Assembly (NCBI GenBank): GCA_005191425.1
Contig: SUPR01000001.1
Location: 30,001 to 62,000 of the forward strand
Length of the DNA: 32,000 nt
Direction of reading: 5' to 3'
Source: Candidatus Helarchaeota ASGARD archaeon Hel_GB_B
GTDB taxonomy: Archaea; Asgardarchaeota; Lokiarchaeia; Helarchaeales; HEL-GB-B
Shown: positions 25,908 to 32,000 of the stretch, in pieces
How the letters are laid out: every line of letters starts with the position of its first letter
How positions within the stretch are numbered: the stretch's first letter is position 1
Notes under the pieces: model-generated
Database searches by the model: none
Seen by the model: only the letters and a program-made list of their open reading frames with translations
Told to the model about the DNA's origin: nothing
Translations under genes and position numbers: made by a program

Positions 25908-27791
25908 TTATGAACTACCTCCTTCTATGGCTACTTTTGTTCTATTTAACTTTTCTACAAAATCAGCCAACCCTAAATTTTGGAATTTTTGAATGGAATC
26001 CTCCAAAATGTCCTTGGCTTTATCTACTTGCCCTTGAATTGCATATACATTTGATAAGTTAGTATAAAATTGCCATGCATAAAAATATTCATTATTTGAA
26101 AAGAATGTCTTTGCTGCTTTTGTTAGTACATTTATTACTTCATTTGTGGCATTTATTTCTTCGAAATACTTTTTAGCTTGAGTATAGTTTGCTCTGGCTA
26201 ATGGATATGCCTTGTCCTTAATGCAATCTTCGGCTTTTTCGACAAATAAATTAGCCAATTTATTTATTAATTCTTTCACTTTTTCGGGTTCTCCTAAGCT
26301 TCTATTTACATCAATTGCATTAATGAGGACATCCCTGCCATAATCTAATAACCCTTTTTCGAGGAACTTTTCTGTAAAACTTTCCAAAATATTTGCGGCT
26401 TTTTCTTTTTCATTAACTTTTACGAGACTATCCCCTGCAAGTAATATAAACTTAAAAACTTCATTATAATATCCATAATTATAATAATTCATAGCTATAT
26501 CATAATAACCATTTGCGATATGCTCAACTGCAGATACCAGTCCCGCTGTTAGAGAATCAGATCTTAGACGTTCTAATTCTTCGAATTGAAAATCTTCCAA
26601 TAATCTTCCATTTTCAGCCAAATTCATTGCAACTTTAATTAGACCTCTTGCTTGCGCATCTACTGCAATATCACCCAAACTACTTCGTAAATAAATCCAA
26701 AAACTGTCTAATGTAATATAATAAACACTATCTTCTTTACTCAAATATTTTCCAATCATTTTTTCAAGTATTGGTTTGATATCTTCACTTTTTGCGCCAA
26801 TCGAACGAGCTATTATATCAATATCTGCAAAATTTGCATTTTCCATTGCAAATGACTGTAATATTTTTCTTTCGTCCTCAGTTAATTCTTTAAGTTCTCG
26901 TCCAAAACCTTCTTTAACTCCGCCTTCAGCTTTAAACCATACATCTTTACCTAGTTCTCTTGTATCGCCTCTATTTTCATACAACCATCCGCCATTATAA
27001 ACTAAATAAAGAGGAATTCCACCACTATGTCTTAATAAATTCTCTTTTATCTCTTCACTAAATTTAATTCCTGCTGCATCTGCTCTTTTATCAAGTAATT
27101 CTATTGCATCAGCATTATTTAAAGTTGGTAAACCTATTTCGTGAAAATCCTCTAATACATAACGAACTTTTGGATAATACTTTTCCCAAACAGACATCAA
27201 AAAGAGAACAGGGAGGTTTGGATTTTTTACATCCGTTTTTATAGCGTCTACTATTGCTTTTAATACATCAAATGCATTGTCATGATTTAATATTATAAAT
27301 CTTTCAACAAGATTAGAAACAATTAGAATACCTTTTTTATTGAATTTATTACCTTGAATATTTTTAATAATTTTAGGTAATTTTTTAACAATTTTTTTCA
27401 AAAAAGAATCAATATACTTACTCATATCAGGGATTTCATAGCTGCTTTTTAAAAGCGGAGCTTTTTTACCTGGTTTTGTAATAGGTTTCTTTTTGTCCAC
27501 GGGTTTCGTTATTTCATCTAATTCATTGCTTATTACATCGAAATAACCTTCAATATTTATCAATGGTACATCATATCTAATTACCAGAAAACCATTTGAT
27601 GAAGCTATGGACTCGATTTGTTTTAAAAAACTTCTTCTACCAATTCCTTCGCGTCCATGTAATATTAAGCCATGTGAAATATTTTCTCGGTCAGCTATTT
27701 TTTGCAAAATTCCTGAAAATTGATCTATTTCTCTTTTTCTTCCCACAAAGAATTTCGCTGGGCATGTTTCTAATTTAAATGGGTCCGTCAT
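25908..27791 (-). CDS. STAND/AAA-like P-loop domain (degenerate) + wHTH + TPR/SNAP-like helical repeats
   Basis: DPF...FVGRKREI, hhhHGREGIGRRS at the Walker A position, SGGIPLYL, wHTH from aa ~303 (LTEDERKIL), and repeated A...Y..A...F helices at the C-terminus. Confidence 0.75.
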   Translation of the reverse strand: MTDPFKLETCPAKFFVGRKREIDQFSGILQKIADRENISHGLILHGREGIGRRSFLKQIESIASSNGFLVIRYDVPLINIEGYFDVISNELDEITKPVDKKKPITKPGKKAPLLKSSYEIPDMSKYIDSFLKKIVKKLPKIIKNIQGNKFNKKGILIVSNLVERFIILNHDNAFDVLKAIVDAIKTDVKNPNLPVLFLMSVWEKYYPKVRYVLEDFHEIGLPTLNNADAIELLDKRADAAGIKFSEEIKENLLRHSGGIPLYLVYNGGWLYENRGDTRELGKDVWFKAEGGVKEGFGRELKELTEDERKILQSFAMENANFADIDIIARSIGAKSEDIKPILEKMIGKYLSKEDSVYYITLDSFWIYLRSSLGDIAVDAQARGLIKVAMNLAENGRLLEDFQFEELERLRSDSLTAGLVSAVEHIANGYYDIAMNYYNYGYYNEVFKFILLAGDSLVKVNEKEKAANILESFTEKFLEKGLLDYGRDVLINAIDVNRSLGEPEKVKELINKLANLFVEKAEDCIKDKAYPLARANYTQAKKYFEEINATNEVINVLTKAAKTFFSNNEYFYAWQFYTNLSNVYAIQGQVDKAKDILEDSIQKFQNLGLADFVEKLNRTKVAIEGGSS

Positions 27792-28327
27792 ATTAAAAAC
27801 CTTTTTTATTTTAATTTATCCTTAATATATATGTGTGGTTTTAAAAATTTTGAACATTGAATTATTTTAAATTATATTGATCTTTAATATTTATATGTTT
27901 AATTTAAAGGTTTAATTTAAAGAGATTTTGATGATTTTTTAAAAATACAAATTTTAATTTTTTAATTTATATTTTTAGGAATTTCTGTATTACACATAAA
28001 AATATTAGACTTTTTGAGAGAAATATCCGTTATTTATATTTTTAAATATTTTGTTATTATATTTTCTGACTGTAAAAAAGCAGATTTTAGATTAGACATA
28101 TTTAAAATACAATAAATTACTGATAAAAAGGTTAGTAATTTAATATCTTACATTTTATAATTTTTTTTATAAGTCAGATTAACTGAAATTTATATTGATT
28201 AAGTTTAAATAAAATAATAATGTTTCAAATATTAATTTTTTAATCGATAACGAAATATAAATATAATAACTACTAATAGTTAATATCAAAATCACTATTT
28301 AATTTGTTTTCACTTTAAAAAGTTAAT

Positions 28328-28996
28328 TTAAAAAAAGGTGTTAATGAAAGAAATTATCGAATAACCATTGAATTGGAGATATACTTCAATAATTGAGATT
28401 ATTAATATGATAAGAAGAAAAATGTAATTATTAAAAATTCGCCAAATCCGATCATTTGTATAAATTATTTCACTATTTTTTGGATTTTTAATATTTAAAA
28501 TTTTACATAAACCCATTCCTAAGAATAATCCCGAAAATATACTTATAATCGCAAATAAGGCATCTTCAGAATAATCAAATATACCTACTAAAAACCGGTA
28601 ATTCACTATTAGGTCAAATAAAACTAACATTATAATTAATGTACAGACTCCAGAAATGATTACTGCTATAATAGAATTTTTTGATAATTGGATTATAGGT
28701 TGCACCATAAAAACTATGCAAATTAAAATTAATAGAATGTACGGAATGAATTCATAATATTGAGCAAAAATTAACGGTACACCTAATGATATTGTAGAAA
28801 TTATATCCAATATAGTAAAAAATAAAAACATTTCACCTGCTAAAAAATAAAATAAAGACCCCCAGCTTAATTTTGGTTTTTCATCTGATTTTAGACCCCA
28901 GAAATTAAAACTACTAATAACTTTCGGTATAAAAAATAAAATTATCCCAAATAAATAATAAGAAATTCTTAAATCAATCATTTTTACAATCTCCAT
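28328..28996 (-). CDS. Polytopic membrane protein (about 6 TM), unknown function
   Basis: Six hydrophobic segments; start overlaps the stop of the phosphatase gene. Confidence 0.65.
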   Translation of the reverse strand: MEIVKMIDLRISYYLFGIILFFIPKVISSFNFWGLKSDEKPKLSWGSLFYFLAGEMFLFFTILDIISTISLGVPLIFAQYYEFIPYILLILICIVFMVQPIIQLSKNSIIAVIISGVCTLIIMLVLFDLIVNYRFLVGIFDYSEDALFAIISIFSGLFLGMGLCKILNIKNPKNSEIIYTNDRIWRIFNNYIFLLIILIISIIEVYLQFNGYSIISFINTFF

Positions 28997-30192
28997 GGGT
29001 TTGTTTGGTTTAATGTTAAACTATCAAATATAACACCATTTTGATCAATTGCATGTATTGTTAATCGGGTATTATTTATTTCAACATGACAAAACTCGTA
29101 AACTGACCTAATTATCGCAGAATTTGGGTGAGTATTATAAGCCATAGCTTCTAACTCTGCTCCGCCACCACCTGTAATTATATAATGAGTCCCATTTACA
29201 TTCAGTCTCTCGTAATAATGAATATGTCCATTGAATACAACATCCACTTTATAACGTTCTAATAATGGAATAATTTCTTGTACCACTTTATATTTCCCTG
29301 CAGATGCATAAGCAGGATAATGCCAGTACCCAATTATCCAATTTATATTTTTACTTGCATTTGCTTTAAATAATGTTTCATTCAACCAATCTAGTTCAGC
29401 TTGGCTAATTCCGTTTCTATTAATATAAGTTTCGGTATTTATATCAAGAGCAAAAAAACAAGTATTACTATAATTGAAAGCATAATAAAAATCATTATGA
29501 GTATAATTCATAAAATATTCAAACCTATGACCATAATCAGGTGCATATTCAATAGTTTCATGGTTACCAATTGAGCACATATAAGGGTGAGTGCTTGCAT
29601 AATCATTAATATCTATGCTATCAAAAAAGCGCTGCCAGTGGTCCTCTCGATTTGGAGCTAAGACAATATCTCCAATATTTAAAATAAAATTTGGATTTGT
29701 TTCTATCATTTTTTTCATGATAATTCTCTGAGCAGAATACCCAAAAAAATCAGGCCTTGTATCTCCTACCACATTAAATGAAAAAACAGGTTTATTTGAT
29801 GACGGTGCAGTCCTAAATTTATAATCTTTATTCATATAATATAAATTACATTCACTGCTATTAATTTTATAATGATATTCTGTGTCCGGCTTTAAAGATG
29901 TAATATTAAAATGATGAATTCTTACAGCTACGGGGTCACTTATGTTAAGGTCTAAATAACTAGAATTTTTTCCCAAAAATACAGTTGTTATACATTTTTT
30001 CGGGGTTTGAAATGATATCCCAATAGCACTAGAAGCATTTCCAGTAACAATTGAAAGATACGGAGCTTTTTCATAATAATTATTATTAACCCCAAAATTA
30101 AAATCTCCTGAAAATATTACCAACATAAATGCCCCATATATAATAATAAATAAAAAGATTTTCGCGAGAATTTTTTTACCCATTTTTCTCAA
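28984..30192 (-). CDS. Membrane-anchored purple acid phosphatase-like metallophosphoesterase with FN3-like domain
   Basis: N-terminal TM helix, LKPDTEYHYKI, and metal motifs GDTR, GDIV, GNHE, HYP, GHIH. Alternative start ATG 30183. Confidence 0.85.
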   Translation of the reverse strand: MRKMGKKILAKIFLFIIIYGAFMLVIFSGDFNFGVNNNYYEKAPYLSIVTGNASSAIGISFQTPKKCITTVFLGKNSSYLDLNISDPVAVRIHHFNITSLKPDTEYHYKINSSECNLYYMNKDYKFRTAPSSNKPVFSFNVVGDTRPDFFGYSAQRIIMKKMIETNPNFILNIGDIVLAPNREDHWQRFFDSIDINDYASTHPYMCSIGNHETIEYAPDYGHRFEYFMNYTHNDFYYAFNYSNTCFFALDINTETYINRNGISQAELDWLNETLFKANASKNINWIIGYWHYPAYASAGKYKVVQEIIPLLERYKVDVVFNGHIHYYERLNVNGTHYIITGGGGAELEAMAYNTHPNSAIIRSVYEFCHVEINNTRLTIHAIDQNGVIFDSLTLNQTNPWRL

Positions 30193-30732
30193 ACCTATTA
30201 AATCAGTTTAGTATTTTAATAAAAATATTATATAATTAAAAAGATATCAGATAATATTTATATTTTATTATTCATTTCTTAAAAAAATATTAAATAGTCG
30301 AGACTTGGAAAATATCCAAATTTTTTTATCCTCATTTTAATTACTTGAGTCCTTAAATGTCAATTATTAATGAAAATAATTGATATAAACACGTAAAATT
30401 GTTATAACCAAATCAATTTAATATTATAAACAAAAAATTAAAAAGCATCTTAGATATAAGAAAAGAACAGATATATTAAATGCACTTTGACCAGAAATAT
30501 ACGGTATAGAATGATGTAAAATTTGGTATTCTAAAATTTACTTGAATTATAATTAGAAACCATTTTGGTTCATGACAAAATAGTTTAATTTAAAATTCAT
30601 ATGTTAAATTATTCTTTTTTTGAAATTAATTTTATGTTTTCTGTTTAAATTATTTGTTTAAAATATTTTTAGCCTAACTTTTAAAAATTCTTGTTATTTA
30701 TTTGAATTATTAAGTGTCAATAAAGGGAGTTT

Positions 30733-31236
30733 ATGCAAGTCTATATTACAACACTTGGGCGATCTGAATGGGCAGTTATCAATAGTTATTATGCAGTTGT
30801 TAAAAATAAGAGATATTACCCAGATTTAATTTATATCATAACTGAAGATTTGTTCCAAGATAGAATTCACAAGATAATAGATGGTCTAAATATCATTTCA
30901 AATGAGTTTGGATTTAATCCAGAATATAAATTGACAATTGTAAAAGAATCCGAGTTTTCTGATGCAAAGAATAAAATCGATATAATCGCAAAAGATTTAG
31001 AAAATTCTAATAATATGATTGCCGTAGATATTACATCTGGTCGAAAAGTATTAGTAATTAATATTCTCTTATTAATATTCTATTCAAAAATAAAAGTTCA
31101 ACATATTTTTTATTTAGCAATAAAGACAATTAAAGGGGTTAATAAACCATATGAAATGATACCAATTCAAATTCAATCATTAAGAGATTTTATCCAAGAA
31201 ATTAATGAGGTGAAAAATAGACCAAATGGCACATGA
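30733..31236 (+). CDS. Stand-alone CARF domain protein
   Basis: N-terminal ITTLGRS and VDITSGRK (31024-31047) are the two CARF motifs; GGGAG at 30725-30729. Confidence 0.75.
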   Translation: MQVYITTLGRSEWAVINSYYAVVKNKRYYPDLIYIITEDLFQDRIHKIIDGLNIISNEFGFNPEYKLTIVKESEFSDAKNKIDIIAKDLENSNNMIAVDITSGRKVLVINILLLIFYSKIKVQHIFYLAIKTIKGVNKPYEMIPIQIQSLRDFIQEINEVKNRPNGT

Positions 31237-32000
31237 AACAATAATTAATCCCCCAGAATTACAAATTTTATTGAACAAATTTGACGACTATTCGATATCA
31301 TTTCCTGCTTTTTCTAAAGATACAATTTTAACTGCAACACCATTTAATGATTGTTATAAAATAAAAGTAAATGATAATTATTTTGATTCCGATCGAGATG
31401 GTCTTAACATTTTTAACGATATTTATTATTCAGAAATACCAAATAATCAAGATTTTCTAGAATGTCTCTTGTCAAGTAATTGTATTACCTATCCTAACGT
31501 GGGAGATTTTGAGTATATAAGAAAATCATATAAAAATATCCATAAAAAGGTATATTTTGCTGTGGATACAAATATTCTCTATCATAGGTTTATCTCTTTC
31601 TCTAAATTAAAAGAAGAGAAAATCGTATTAGCACCTACCATTAAAGATGAAATAGAGTCATCAATAAATTATAAATATAATAGGGAGGAAATTAATGAAA
31701 TTAAAAAAATTGTAAGATATAACAAAAATTTATTTGATGAATTTAGAAATAGACGCATAAAAAAGTCAAGAAAGGCAGCATATCTTGCATTAAATGAGCT
31801 AAAACTTTTAAATATCCTTAATATAGACAGCGTAAAAATAGAGCAAGAAAATTATGAACAAAATGATTTAAAAATTGTTAGAGAGTTAAAAGCTTTTGAA
31901 AATGACTCAGGAGCGTTGGTAGTATTATTAACAGCAGATAGAGCAATGGTAGATTTCTGCAGAATAGAGTCCTTAGATTATTTTAATTTTGATTATCCAA
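31226..32000 (+). CDS. PIN-domain ribonuclease-like protein, 3'-truncated by the window edge (absent from the ORF track)
   Basis: My translation is open from ATG 31226 to the window end: MAHETIINPPELQILL...FAVDTNIL...PTIKDEI...NDLKIV...LLTADRAMVD..., giving the PIN acidic tetrad. Overlaps the CARF stop by 11 nt. Confidence 0.85.
   Translation, partial: MAHETIINPPELQILLNKFDDYSISFPAFSKDTILTATPFNDCYKIKVNDNYFDSDRDGLNIFNDIYYSEIPNNQDFLECLLSSNCITYPNVGDFEYIRKSYKNIHKKVYFAVDTNILYHRFISFSKLKEEKIVLAPTIKDEIESSINYKYNREEINEIKKIVRYNKNLFDEFRNRRIKKSRKAAYLALNELKLLNILNIDSVKIEQENYEQNDLKIVRELKAFENDSGALVVLLTADRAMVDFCRIESLDYFNFDYP

Noticed and set aside
352-27778. Antisense or nested ORFs in the track (352-723, 3263-3745, 4319-4609, 8477-8728, 9231-9551, 9882-10214, 12641-12838, 14502-14702, 15671-15955, 16122-16310, 21659-22063, 22545-22751, 26776-27000, 27596-27778)
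   Set aside because: All lie opposite or inside well-supported genes, have shadow-like composition and show no motifs.
1-32000. CRISPR array, rRNA/tRNA genes, transposases
   Set aside because: No regularly spaced direct repeats, no extended GC-rich structured RNA region and no DDE/HUH/integrase motifs were seen.

Overview
AT-rich archaeal chromosomal window, most likely from an Asgard archaeon (Lokiarchaeia/Helarchaeales-like). The assignment is inferred from longin, roadblock, V4R, gelsolin-like and SCP2 genes mixed with archaeal core genes. Left part: 3' end of coaBC; a very unusual 1348-aa topoisomerase VI B subunit (N-terminal wHTH plus Lys-rich linker, two C4 zinc ribbons, four extra H2TH-like repeats, duplicated C-terminal tail) followed by top6A; a two-subunit family I CoA-transferase. 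Middle: dispersed threonine-pathway genes (aspartate kinase, bacterial-type thrH, ACT protein, hom), a longin protein, a VIT1-like protein, a gelsolin+domain-X protein and an SCP2-SCP2-MmgE/PrpD operon. The most notable region is a six-gene cluster at 20031-27791. It contains a roadblock protein, two paralogous coiled-coil/Pro-rich/WH2-like proteins, a V4R-roadblock fusion, a TrmB-like protein with a ~880-aa hendecad rod, and a STAND-like P-loop protein with degenerate Walker motifs and TPR/SNAP-like repeats. Right end: membrane protein, purple-acid-phosphatase-like enzyme and a CARF + PIN gene pair; the PIN gene runs off the window. No rRNA, tRNA, CRISPR array or intact mobile element was recognised. 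All calls come from motif reading by eye, without database searches.
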